Of a DNA stretch of 64,000 bases, positions 1-11,632 are shown piece after piece. The DNA lies in assembly GCA_951406725.2 (NCBI GenBank), contig OX597839.1, positions 26,102,001 through 26,166,000 on the forward strand. The letters are read 5' to 3'. The stretch is from Octopus vulgaris (Eukaryota). The notes beneath the pieces are model-generated. The model ran no database searches. It had not been told where the DNA came from and was given only the letters and a program-made list of their open reading frames with translations. The stretch's first letter is position 1, and each line of letters opens with the position of its first letter. Position numbers and translations under genes: made by a program.

Positions 1-104
1 TTCTCTGATGTCAAAAATGTATAAAACTTCATCCAAATTAATCTCAACCAAAATCTAAATAAAATTTGTAAAACAGAGACTTGCAAGAGTTTTGTAAGAA
101 AGAA

Positions 105-447
105 GCCGTTCGCCAGCCTCGTCTGGCACCTGTGTCGGTGGCACATAAAAAACACCATCCAAGCGTGGCCGTTCGCCAGCCTCGTCAGGAACCTGTGTCG
201 GTGGCACATAAAAAACACCATCCAACCGTGCCCGTTCGCCAGCCTCGTCTGGCACCTGTGTCGGTGGCACATAAAATCACCCACTACACTCTCGGAGTGG
301 TTGGCGTTAGGAAGGGCATCCAGCTGTAGAAACACTGCCAGATCTGACTGGAGCCTGGTGCAGCCTTTGGGCTTCCCAGACCCCAGTTGAACCGTCCAAC
401 CCATGCTAGCATGGAAAGTGGACGTTAAACGATGATGATGATGATGA
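105..447 (+). mobile_element. SINE-like repeat, family A (GGTTGGCGTTAGGAAGGGCATCC core, (GAT)n end) with a 63-bp internal tandem array
   Basis: The same body recurs many times in both orientations (e.g. 2700-2945, 5420-5620, 5740-5920, 8160-8370, 12410-12690, 19730-19995, 22190-22370, 23830-24260, 51675-51960). Confidence 0.8.
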
Positions 448-1599
448 AGCTGATTAAATAAACAACAGTAGTTGATTGTTTTTTAATCATCAGTGTAGTA
501 GTAGTAGTAGTAGTATGAAGGAATGTGCTGTAATAGTGCATCGCTGCATCCATCATATGTTGGTGATTCCTTATTACTCCGGGCAGACGAGGCCTTTGTG
601 CCAATCAAGTGACAACCCTCCAACCTTTGGGTCTGTTTGGGAAGCTGTTGTTGGTGAGAGTTTTACGAGACCAGAGGGCAAATCCTTCCTAAACCTCTTT
701 CAGTTGCCTTTCAAATCCCACTCCCAAGGAAACATTGGAGCTGCTATTTTGGGGATTTGTACTTGGAACATGCAGAGGAAGGAAATGCTGCAAAGGATTC
801 TGCCCAGATGTGCCAACCATTCTGCCAGCTCGACACCCTAATAATAATCCTTTCTATTAATGGCACAAGGCCTGGAATTTTGGGGAAGGGGACTAACTGA
901 TTACATTGACCCCAGAGTTTCACTGGTACTTAATTTATATACCCTGAAAGGATGAAAGGCAAAGTTGACCTTGGTGGAATTTGAACTCAGAACGTAGTGA
1001 CAAGCAAAATCATTAATAATAATGATGATGATGATGATGCCTCGAGTAACAAAAATACTGGTACTGTGCTCAATCTGCATACCAATATTCCAGTGATTAC
1101 GACAGTGTGTGTGTGTGTGTGTGTGTACACAAACACTAAAGTGTGTTGTGTGTGTGAGGAGAAACAGGATTGCGAACATGAAACCAATACTGATAAGTAA
1201 CAAAACAGTGACCGATTGAAACAAATTCAGACAGTAATTCTCTTTTACTAACTAAACAAATATAATAAAGTAGAAAAGCAAAAAAAAAAAAAAAAAAAAA
1301 AAAAAAGATCCGAAATGATTTAAAAGGAAAAAAAAACTGTGAAAATTAAAAATAGAATTAAACAAAAAAAAAAAATGAATAAAAAAATAAATAAAAAGAG
1401 TCACATGCACACAAACCCCACTATGGATGTCTGACAAGCAAAAATACACGTCTATTATTTGAGTGAAAAAAAAAAATTTACTTTAATAGCATAAAAGCTG
1501 ATCTATAATTTTCAACATTCCAAACATTTTTGCTGTGGTTTTATGCTAAACAGATAATACACAGACTGTCTACTATGGAATGAAAAGGAAAAAACCCCC

Positions 1600-1678
1600 A
1601 CACACACACACACACATATATATATATACACACACATATATATATATATATATACACAACACATACATATATACACAT

Positions 1679-1709
<31 letters not shown>

Positions 1710-1836
1710 TACATATATATATATACACACACACACACATATATATATATACACACACACATATATATATATACACACACATACATATATATATATACAC
1801 ACACACATATATATACACACACACATACATATATAT

Positions 1837-1867
<31 letters not shown>

Positions 1868-1892
1868 CACACACACATACATATATATATAT

Positions 1893-1923
<31 letters not shown>

Positions 1924-1965
1924 CACACACACATACATATATATCACACACACATACATATATAT

Positions 1966-1999
<34 letters not shown>

Positions 2000-2137
2000 C
2001 ACACACATACATATATATATATACACACACATATATATATATACACACACACATACATATATATATATATACACACACATACACATATATATATACACAC
2101 ACACACACACATATATATATATACACACACATACATA

Positions 2138-2231
<94 letters not shown>

Positions 2232-2308
2232 CACACACACATATATATATATATACACACACACATATACATATATATATATACACACACATACACATAT
2301 ATATATAT

Positions 2309-2339
<31 letters not shown>

Positions 2340-2455
2340 CACACACACATATATATATATATACACACACATACATATATATATATATATACACACACAT
2401 ATATATATATATATACACACACATACATACATATACACACACACACACACATACA
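1600..2455. repeat. Compound (CA)n/(TA)n microsatellite, about 855 bp
   Basis: Direct reading; source of the spurious YIYI/CVCV ORFs. Confidence 0.97.
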
Positions 2456-4872
2456 TAGCATCATGTAAAATATGTACAATACATGCCTATTGTGTATACA
2501 CTCACTTTATACAAAGAGAAGTATATATGACGATGATGAAGTTGATTAGTCAACACATTTCTGATATGTGGAATACAAATCATTATTTTGAAGGGTTATC
2601 AGGAATGGCAACATTCCAGTGACCATTTATGGGTCACATTCTGGTGCCACGTATAAAGTGTCCATGATACCTGCCTGCCCGCCTGCCTGTCTGGCTCCCC
2701 CATGCTGGTGTCACGTAAAAAGCACCATCCGAACGTGGCTGATGCCAGTGCCGCCTGACTAGCTCCCGTGCCGATGGCATTTAAGAAGCACCCACTATGC
2801 TCTCGGAGTGGTTGGCATCAGGAAGGGCATCCGGCTGTAGAAACACTGCCAAAACAGATTGGAGCCTGGTGCAGCCTCCTGACTTGCCAGTCCCCATCCA
2901 AACCATCCAAAGCATCAGTGAAAGTGGACATTAAACGATGATGATGGTGCCGAAGTATAAAGTGCTTGTGCACTTTTTTTGAGGACACAAACAGACTCAG
3001 GGCCATGACACAAGCATTTGTGTAACTAATTTCTGTAATGCTGGCTTCAGGAGCTTAAAGAGATAAAGGAGAAAAGTTGGTATTGGTAGGAAAAAATTAT
3101 ATGCCACAGACACAGCAGTGGCTGTGTGGTAAGAAGCTTGCTTCCCAATCACATGGTTCCGAGTTCAGTCCCACTGTGTGGCACCTTCGGCAAATATCTT
3201 CTACTATGTCTTTGGATGTGGGTTTAGTAGAAAGAAACTGAAAGAAGCCTGTCTCACACACACACACATACACACGTGTGTGTGTGTGTATGACCCCCAC
3301 CATTGCTTGACAATTGGTGTTGGTATGTTTACATCCCTGTAACTTAGCAATTTGGTAAAAGGGACCAACAGAACAAGTACCAGGTTTATAAAAAAAAAAA
3401 AAATTGTACTAGGGTTGATTCATTTGACCAAAAGTTCTTAAAGGCAGTGCCCCAGCATGGCCACAGTCCAAATAAAAAATGGATTATCAAACTTATTCCT
3501 CAAGATTTTCTTCCAGTCTCTAAGAGTCCACCAATGGACAGTGGAGCAATTTGGTTTTGCTTTTGTGTGTAGAACGTGTAAACGGTGTGTGCACACATAT
3601 ACACTCTTTGTTTCAGCTGTTAGACTATGGCCATGCTGGAACATAGCCTTCACGGGTTTAGCTGGACAAACTGACCCCCGTGCTAATTTTAAAATCTGGT
3701 ACTATCAGTGTCTTTTGCTGAATGGCTAAGTGACATGGATGTAAATAAACCAACAATGGTTGTCAAGATGTGCTGGGGGGACAAACACAAAAACACACAA
3801 TGGGCTTGCATGCATTTTCTCTCAACCAAATCCACTCACCAGGCATTGGCCAGCCCAGGGCTACACTAGAGGACACTTACCCAAGGTTCTGCACAATGGG
3901 ACTGAACCTGAAACCATGGGACTGGAAAGCAAGCTGCTTAACCACACAACAATGCCATACATAGCATTATTGTTCAGCCCTAGGTCAGTATACCCTAATC
4001 CTCTTTTTAAGGTTATATAGAACTACATTATTTCACTATGACCTATTCTTATTTAAGGTGGTAGGGACAATATGAAAGGGACTTGGCAGGAGGGACAATT
4101 TGAAAGGGACCTGGCTGTATTTCTAGCAAGTTGAATGACAATGTAAGGAGGTAGGGATGATTTGAAAGGGACTCGGCTGTTATTTCTAGCAAGTTGAACG
4201 ACAACGTTGGATGTTTCATTAGCTCTTGCACACCTTACAGAGGTCTGCTGTTAATCCAATGGACAGCATTAATTACCCTTAAAAAATGAAAAAGGGTCAT
4301 TTCCTCCCCATGAAATATTCAAGTTCTAAGGTGAAGAATGGAGGGACACATACACAGTCACTGCTAGAAATAGCAGTCAGTCATATCTCTCGCAAATCAC
4401 ATCCTTTATCATCATGAAAAAACAAAAACAAAAAAAAAACTGGACACATTAGATAATGTAGTCCTAGATATACTAAGTCAGAAAATACTGGAGAGTTATT
4501 ACTGTTGTGGATTTACAACAACAGTTGTGATGAGCTATAAAATCTTGTAAGATCTTAGTAAAGTCAAATGGTCCTAGCTTGAGAGAGTGAGAGCGAGTGA
4601 GTGAGAGAGAGTGTGTGTGTGTGTGTATGCACGTACACACACACACACACAGGGCTGGAGTGGTTTTATAGCTGTAGTTTGTGGCATCTATCTCAAGTTA
4701 GGTGGAGCCTACTTAACGAGTGTTAAGTGTTTCAGATATCAACACAAAGAGAGAGACAGACAGCTATAGGATATCATCAACCACAAGCCTCTCTGAATGG
4801 CCATTAAACATAGACCACTTGACAATTGGCCACCAACACACACACACACACACACACACACACATTTATACA

Positions 4873-5060
4873 TACAAGGGGCTGTTGAAAAGTTCCTGGC
4901 TTTGGACGAAAGAAAATATAGGATGAGGATCAGTTAATTATGATTTTATTCAACTTATTCCCCTCTCAGATTCACATACTTATTGCTGTGGCCCTGGAAA
5001 AAGAATTCAGAAGGTTGAGCCTCCAACCAGGCCTTTCGCGATACCCTTAAAACCAGGGAG
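4873..5060 (-). mobile_element. Mariner-type transposon 3' end remnant
   Basis: Terminus TACAAGGGGCTGTTGAAAAGTTCC; the minus strand reads NKYVNLRGE*VE*, resembling the mariner transposase C-terminal KC...G.YVE motif. Confidence 0.55.
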
Positions 5061-5210
5061 CGGAACGGATTCTTATCATGCATTGTATCTCCTCCTCCGA
5101 CCACTCAAAAACCCTTCTGTTCCCTGGTCTTTTGCATATACCCCCATAAGAACACTCAGTAAGAAATTCCCGTTATGAAAACGCAGGACTTGTGAACCTT
5201 TTTAGAAATT

Positions 5211-5305
5211 TATTTCCCTGATGAAGGATGTGGTGTCCAAAAATGGATGTAAGGATCTTTTATATGACTGGACAACCAGACCCCCAGAAACGGCTGTAGG
5301 ATTAT
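5211..5305 (+). ncRNA. Type I hammerhead ribozyme-like motif (Penelope/retrozyme type)
   Basis: TTCC-CTGATGA (5218-5224), long helix II (TGGTGTCCA / TGGACAACCA), GAAAC (5287-5291)-GGCT-GTA (5296-5298)-GGA. Helix I is short and the base of helix II is imperfect. Confidence 0.55.
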
Positions 5306-6694
5306 CAACCAGATTAGTAACACAGAAAATTTTTTATCTTATAGACTCAACTCTTTTTATGACTTCATTTTATATGTATTTATTTATTTTTCCAATATAT
5401 TTTTGAAGCACCAATCAATAATCGTGGCCATTGCCAGCCTCGCCTGGCACATAAAAAGCACCCACTACACTGATGGAGTGGTTGGCGTTAGGAAGGGCAT
5501 CCAGCTGTAGAAACACTGCCAAATCAGACTGGAGCCTGGTGCAGCCTCCTGGCTTCCCAGGCCCTGGTCAAACCGTCCAACCCATGCTAGCATGGAAAAC
5601 AGATGTTAAACGATGATGATGATATATATTTATATATTTTTTATATATCAATATATTTTTAATATGTTCGATGTATTGAATATACTTTTGGAGAAATTCA
5701 TGCATATTGGGTCTGGGACTGAATAAATATAAATGTATATCATCATCATCATCATCGTTTAACGTCCGTTTTCCGCGCTAGCACGGGTTGGACGGTTCGA
5801 CCGGGGTCTGGGAAGCCAGGGGCTGCTCCAGGCTCCAGTCTGATCTGGCAGAGTTTCTACGGCTGGATGCCCTTCCTAACACCAACCACTCCGCGAGTGT
5901 AGTGGGTGCTTTTTACGTGCCAAATCAGACTGGAGCCTCCTGGTTTCCCAGACCCTGGTCAAACCGTCCAACCCATGCTAGCATGGAAAGCAGATGTTAA
6001 ACGATGATGATGATGATGATATATATTTATATATTTTTTATATATCAATATATTTTTAATATGTAAATTTGATTTGCCTCAATCTGATTCCTACTTTATA
6101 TATATAACCTCTTTTAACCAAATGGAATCACAGTAAAGATGGGTTAAATAATTGAAACAATAAAAACAAATTGACATATTTTCAAGCATCAAAAACTCAA
6201 GAGTGTTTGTGTAAAAAATTTAGATCAGCTCACAACAGTTTCAGTCTAAAAACCATCACGCCCAACACCACTCACCGAAAGATGTAGGATGTTTGTCTGT
6301 CTGCTATAGCAACAGCACAACATCCTTGATCATTAAAAGATCATCTCATAGTCTTAAGTGGATTTAAAGAAGGATTATAAAAAAAACAAAAGAGGATGTC
6401 AACTCGAAATTGTGTAGCGTCTGTAAGTTATTAGCACAGTGGTTCCTTGTCGAAAACAATCCATAAACAATCTAGAGGAGGAGGGAGTTCAACATTTATT
6501 TGTTTATCCAGGCTAATCTGAGGGGGTCTGAGGGGACTGGGTTTGTTTCAACGGGTTTTGAAAATAAAGAATTTAGTAAAATAACTGTCATTATTAACCC
6601 TTTCGTTACTGTATTTATTTTGAGATGTTCTGTGTTTCTTTCAATTATTTTAAATATAACAAAGAATTTAGTAAAATAATTCAATTATCATTAA

Positions 6695-7814
6695 CCCTTT
6701 CGTTACTATATTTCTGACCAAATTACACCCCTTATGTGTTTCAATTAATTTCTAATGTAATCATAAATTTAGTCTGGTTTCATTAAACAACTATAACTTT
6801 TTTATTTATCGATATATCAATCTGAATTTTGGAAGATAATTTAATGAAATATTCTCAACCAATTCTATACCATAATTTTTGTCACAAAGTGACTCTAATT
6901 CCAGGTAGATACAAGTAAATTCCACAAAATATAAAATTATTAAAATTTTGTTCAAACATCGCTATAGAAAATGGGTTATTAGCTTAATATTCAATTGGGT
7001 ATATAACAAAATTTTATGATAGAATTTATTCTGGGTAACTTTCTGATACCCATAATAATATTTACGGCAAAATAGTCTTAATTTCATTTAAGGTTGAGGG
7101 AAACCACAAACTATCGTTTCTTTTGCTTTGTTTACATTCAGCGTAACGGTTCGTCTCCGCTGTAATGATTTCAAATAGGCTCATTCGAAAAAGTAAAAAG
7201 AAATAGTCTAAGGCTTTACCCTTCTGGGAAAGTCTGTGGCTTGGTCCAGTTTCTTCAGAAAAATCACCGAAAGAAACAGTTTTTAAATTTTCACTCCATT
7301 CAGGTGCCAATTCATTTTCTTTATCGCTATCGGAGATCTCAGATTCACTGTTTTCACTTTCGGAAAATGAAACATCAGATTCATTATCAAATACCACATG
7401 CTTTTTTTTTTTCAGTCATAGAGTTAGATTTATGAAGGTCTTCAGTAGAAAATCCTTTGAATTCTGACTCGCTGCTTGATATAATGAAATTCGTATCCAT
7501 TTTTTGTCAGAATTACAAATTTTGAAAACACAATAGGAACAAATTTCGGAAAAAAAATCTCCCAAAATTCACGGAATTAAAATTACACTTTGATTATTGT
7601 ACAAAACTGTAGTTGAACTGTTTACGAAGTATAATACGTGTTTTCACGAATGTACTAAAGAGATTTACTCTGATATTCTCATTTAAATATGAATAGGTAA
7701 ATTCGGGCGGTTTGGTTTCATAAACCAAAATTTTGTTCGGGCGGCTTTGGGCGGTTTGGTTTCATAAACCAAAATTTTGTTCGGGCGGCTTTGGGCGGTT
7801 TGGTAACGAAAGGG
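6695..7814 (-). mobile_element. Internally deleted piggyBac element, 1120 bp, carrying a transposase N-terminal fragment
   Basis: TTAA TSD (6691-6694, 7815-7818) and 12-bp TIRs CCCTTTCGTTAC/GTAACGAAAGGG. Encodes an acidic N-terminus followed by GP...LDYFFL...I.AETNRYA...W.P.T..EIK, typical of piggyBac/PGBD transposases. Confidence 0.88.
7062..7500 (-). pseudogene. Truncated piggyBac transposase; ATG at 7500 (MDTNFIISSSESEFKGFS...) is out of frame with ORF 7062-7397 across an A11 run
   Basis: 7500-7397 = 103 nt, not a multiple of 3; homopolymer at 7402-7412; no DDD catalytic region. Confidence 0.75.
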
Positions 7815-7999
7815 TTAAGCTAGTGTTAAGAACATAAATTGCAACTAAGGTTTGGTGGAAGATTTTAATTGAAAACTTATGAAAACAAGACATTTGTACT
7901 ACAGTGTCAGAGCCGGTTTCAGCCGGGTTGGTAACGAAAGGGTTAAGCTGGTGTCTGGGACCTAAAATAAGAATTTGTGATGGAAGGTTCGGATCACTT

Positions 8000-8569
8000 T
8001 AACTCTTTTGTTGCCATATTGTTCTTTAAACACGGTGCTTTCGTTTGAATGTATTTTGAAAATAACAGAGAGTCTTTGTCAGTGTTAATCTGGCATTTGT
8101 AACACAAATTAACATGGAAGGTTTTAATTTAGACCATTTTATCCATTTTGTTATCAAATCATCATCATCGTTTAACGTCCGTTCTCCATGCTAGCATGGG
8201 TTGGACGGTTCGACCGGGGATCTGGGAAGCCAGAAGGCTGCACCAGGCTCCAGTCTTATCTGGCAATGTTTCTACGGCTGGATGCCCTTCCTAACGCCAA
8301 CCACTCCGTGAGTGTAGTGGGTGCTTTTTACGTGGCACCTGCACAGGTGCCAGGCGAGGCTGGCAACGGCCACAATATCAGTTGAAATATACTGCTTTTG
8401 TTTCAATTAATTTTGAGAATAACGAAGAATTTGTCATTATTAATCTGGTGTTTGTAACATAAATTAACACAGAATTTTGGTGGAAGGTTTTAATTTAGAC
8501 CACTTTAGAACAAAGTTTGTATTATAGAACCAAGGGCAGTTTCAGGAAGGTTGGTATCAAAAGAGTTAA
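8000..8569. mobile_element. Older, diverged TTAA-flanked MITE copies related to the piggyBac MITE, interrupted by a family A SINE
   Basis: TTAACTCTTTTG...CAAAAGAGTTAA ends; internal GGAAGGTTTTAATTTAGACCA blocks. Confidence 0.6.
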
Positions 8570-9399
8570 GGCTGAAAGGGCCAGGATGTTGTTGTGATGA
8601 TTAAAAAAGGAAAAGGGAAGGACGGACAAATTGCTATTATTATTATTATTATTATCATAATGTTTAACATCCATTTTTGCATGATTGCATGGGTCAGATG
8701 AGAGCCAGATGTCCTTCCTGTTAACTGGTTTCCCTACCTAATCAATCGAAACCTGAACAACATCAAGGCCAGACAGGTTCTCACAGAAGACTAGAACAGA
8801 CAAGTGTCATGTGGCTGTGTTGTGAGAAGTTTGTTCCCGATAACTAGAAGGCACTCCAGCTGTGACCATCCTGTTTTACTACATTATCCAATCCACTGTG
8901 TCCTATTTTTTGAAGGAGAAGGGATGAAGAATCTCTTTATATGCAAAGACCACATTGAATTAAATATCACAAGAAAACATTAACCACCCTCAAAAAACAA
9001 AAAAGAAAAAGTAAAAGAAAAAAAAAGAAAAAAGTGACCTTCGAAGAAACAAAACTATCAACTGACCTTTTTTAAATGAATTTTAGATCATTAAAATAAC
9101 CATGTTTCTGGGTAATTAACAATATCACAATAATTATGATACTAGATATAATTAGCATTGCAATAAATTATAATTGTAATTAAAAAAAGAAAAAAATACT
9201 ATATTGTAATTAACATCACATTGATTATAATATATGTAATTAAGGTAGGAACCTGGTGCTGCTCTTCTGCTTGCCAGCTCTGGTCAAGCCATCCCATCCA
9301 TGCCAGCATGGAAAATGGACAGTAAAGGACGACGATGACGCTGATTGCAATAATATTGTTATAATATTGTCTAATCAATGAATATTTTTTTTATAACAC

Positions 9400-10497
9400 A
9401 AACCCTAAACTTTTCCCAGCACTCCACTGGTATTTATTTCACTGACCCTGAAAGGATGAAAAGCAAAGTCGACCTCAGCAGAAATTGCATTCAGAATGTA
9501 AAGACGGACGAAACGACGTCAAGCCTTTTGCCCGGAATGCTAACGATTCAGCCAGCTCGCTACCTTAATAACAATAACAATAATAATCCTTTCTTCTATA
9601 GACATAAGAGGCCTGGAATTTGGGGGAGGGGGGGTAAGTCGATTACATCGACCCCAGTGTTTCACTGGTATTTATTTTTTCGACACTGAAAGGCAAAGTC
9701 GACATCGGTGGAATTTGAACTCAGAACGTAAAGACTGACAATATGACACTAAGCATTTTACCCAATGTGCTAACAATTCTGCCAGCTCATTACATCATCA
9801 TCATCATCATCATCATCATTGTTTAGCATCCGTTTTCCATGAGGTCATAATAATAATAATAATAATCCTTTCTACTAAAAGCCACAAGGCCTGAAATTTT
9901 GGGGGAGGGGACTAGTTGATTACATTGACCCCAGTATTTCACTGGTACTTATTTTATCGGCCTTGAAAGGATGAAAGGCAAAGTCGACCTCAGTGGAATT
10001 TGAACTCAGAACATGGTGGCAGACGAAATACCGCAAAGCAGTTTGTTTGGCTTGCTAATGAATCTGCTAGCTTGCCGCATTAATAATAATAATAACAGTT
10101 CCAAATTTTGGCACAAAACCAGCAATTTCGGGGGTGAGGGCAATTGACCCCAGCGCTCAACTGGTACTTATTTTATCAATCATGAAACCTTGGCGCAGTT
10201 TGAACTCGGAACACAAAAACCAGATGAAATTCCACTAAGAATTTTGTCCAGTGTGCTGATGACTCTGCCAGCTTTGCTACTTTAATAACGATTTCAAATT
10301 TTTGCCACAAGGGCAGCTTGGGAGAAGGGATTAAGTCGATTATAACGACCCCAGTGCGTAACTGGTACATATTTAATCGACCCCGAAAGGATGAAAGGCA
10401 AAGTCGACCTTGGTGGAATTTGAACTCAGAACATTCAAATGGATGAAATACTTTTAAGCATTTCACCCGGCATGCTAATGATTTAGTCAGCTCACTG

Positions 10498-10528
<31 letters not shown>

Positions 10529-10888
10529 GTTCGATCGTGGTCGAGACAATGGAATTTACCATGCTACGCCAGATTTCACGGTCCATCATGGCATTACGGA
10601 GGTCCTGTTGCTGGATGCCTGTATCCCTGGATATTACATCAGGGTAGGAGAGTGTGCGCCCTCTGGTATTGCGAGTAGATGGCTTCCAGAGGAGAAGAGT
10701 AGAAATTACCTCTTTTTCAGCTCTGCAACAATGTCCAGCAAACTGGACTCTCCTACCTTTCACAAGAGATGACACAGGTGGTAGTTTCCCATATATTTGC
10801 ATTTTGGTTGGATGGCGCCTCCACGAGAGATTTTGAGCTCTCATAAGGAGGCGAGTGTAGGTTCCATCCAACCGCCTCTCAAGCTTAT

Positions 10889-10923
<35 letters not shown>

Positions 10924-11140
10924 TACTTTCTACTACAGGCACAAGACCTGAAATTTGGGAGGAGGGGACTAGTCAACTACATAGACCCTAGGACTCAACT
11001 GGTACTTATATTATTGACCCCGAAAGGATGAAATGCAAAGTCGACCATGGCAGAGTTTGAACTCAGAACGTAAAGGCAGATGACACTCCGCTAAGCGTTT
11101 CGTCCGGTGCGCTAATGATTCTGCCAGCTTGCCGCCTTTA
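9400..11140 (-). mobile_element. Chain of family C SINE copies separated by (AAT)n tracts
   Basis: Repeated GAAAGGATGAAAGGCAAAGTCGACC..GGAATTTGAACTCAGAAC blocks; B-box-like GAGTTCAAATTCC on the minus strand. Confidence 0.8.
10508..10885 (-). mobile_element. RTE-clade-like LINE, 5'-truncated 3' end with (AAT)n tail
   Basis: Open frame RLDGTYTRLL...W..H.T...IYG...RR.QFAGHC.R...M.DR..WR ending at a stop directly before the (AAT)n tail; typical of the non-LTR ORF2 C-terminus. Confidence 0.85.
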
Positions 11141-11264
11141 ATTTGGAGAATAATTCATTTCAAACTTCTAAAACTTGAAACAGTTTAACAAACAAAATAA
11201 AACAAAATAAAACTGAAATAAAAAAATTTGAAAAAAGAAGAGAAAAAAAAGCAGTATATCTTAC

Positions 11265-11510
11265 GAGTTCATCTTTATCGGATATTTGCCGAACGGTGCC
11301 GTTGAAGGCCGACGCTTGATATAATGTCGCTAATTGCTCCAGATGCCGCTTCTGTATTTCAATTGTTTGGTGATAATCTGAACGGATCTCGTTCACTCTC
11401 TGTTGAACTGTGTCAGGGTGGGTGGTCAAACCATCTGGATCCAGGTGTCTTGTTACATTAAAGCTTGTCTGGTTTTGGGCTGTGCTACACTGTTTCAATA
11501 ATGGTTGGAC
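11265..11510 (-). CDS. MTMR3: MTMR3/4-like coding exon L, coiled-coil region: VQPLL...HLDPDGLTTHPDTVQQRVNEIRSDYHQTIEIQKRHLEQL...KDEL
   Basis: TTTGTTACAG| ... |GTAAGA; 246 nt, phase 0 to 0; LD.DGL...D..QQR...I motif that precedes the FYVE domain in MTMR3/4. Confidence 0.88.
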
Positions 11511-11632
11511 CTGTAACAAAATGAAACAAAGAAAAAAAAAAAGAAAGAAAAGAGACCCTTGGGTTAATAAATTAACATACGCAGCACGACTCCAGCCACA
11601 AAACTGCATGAATTAATTAAAGACAAAATTAA

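Larger units (their letters stand above)
6598..7942. mobile_element. About 220-bp piggyBac-family MITE (TIR CCCTTTCGTTAC, TTAA flanks) split by a nested insertion at 6695-7814
   Basis: TTAA at 6594-6597 and 7943-7946. The two halves rejoin to match the uninterrupted copy at 50395-50615 (opposite orientation). Confidence 0.88.

Noticed and set aside
476-841. 121-aa plus-strand ORF, or a FYVE-coding exon on the minus strand
   Set aside because: No recognisable domain, non-ATG start, and the end runs into SINE sequence. The minus-strand frames contain stops and no FYVE motifs.
1512-2479. Long ORFs of 140-312 aa (YIY/CVC/HTH-rich)
   Set aside because: Translations of a dinucleotide microsatellite. 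The same applies to 18633-19390, 39748-40879, 53910-54885 and 58836-60198.
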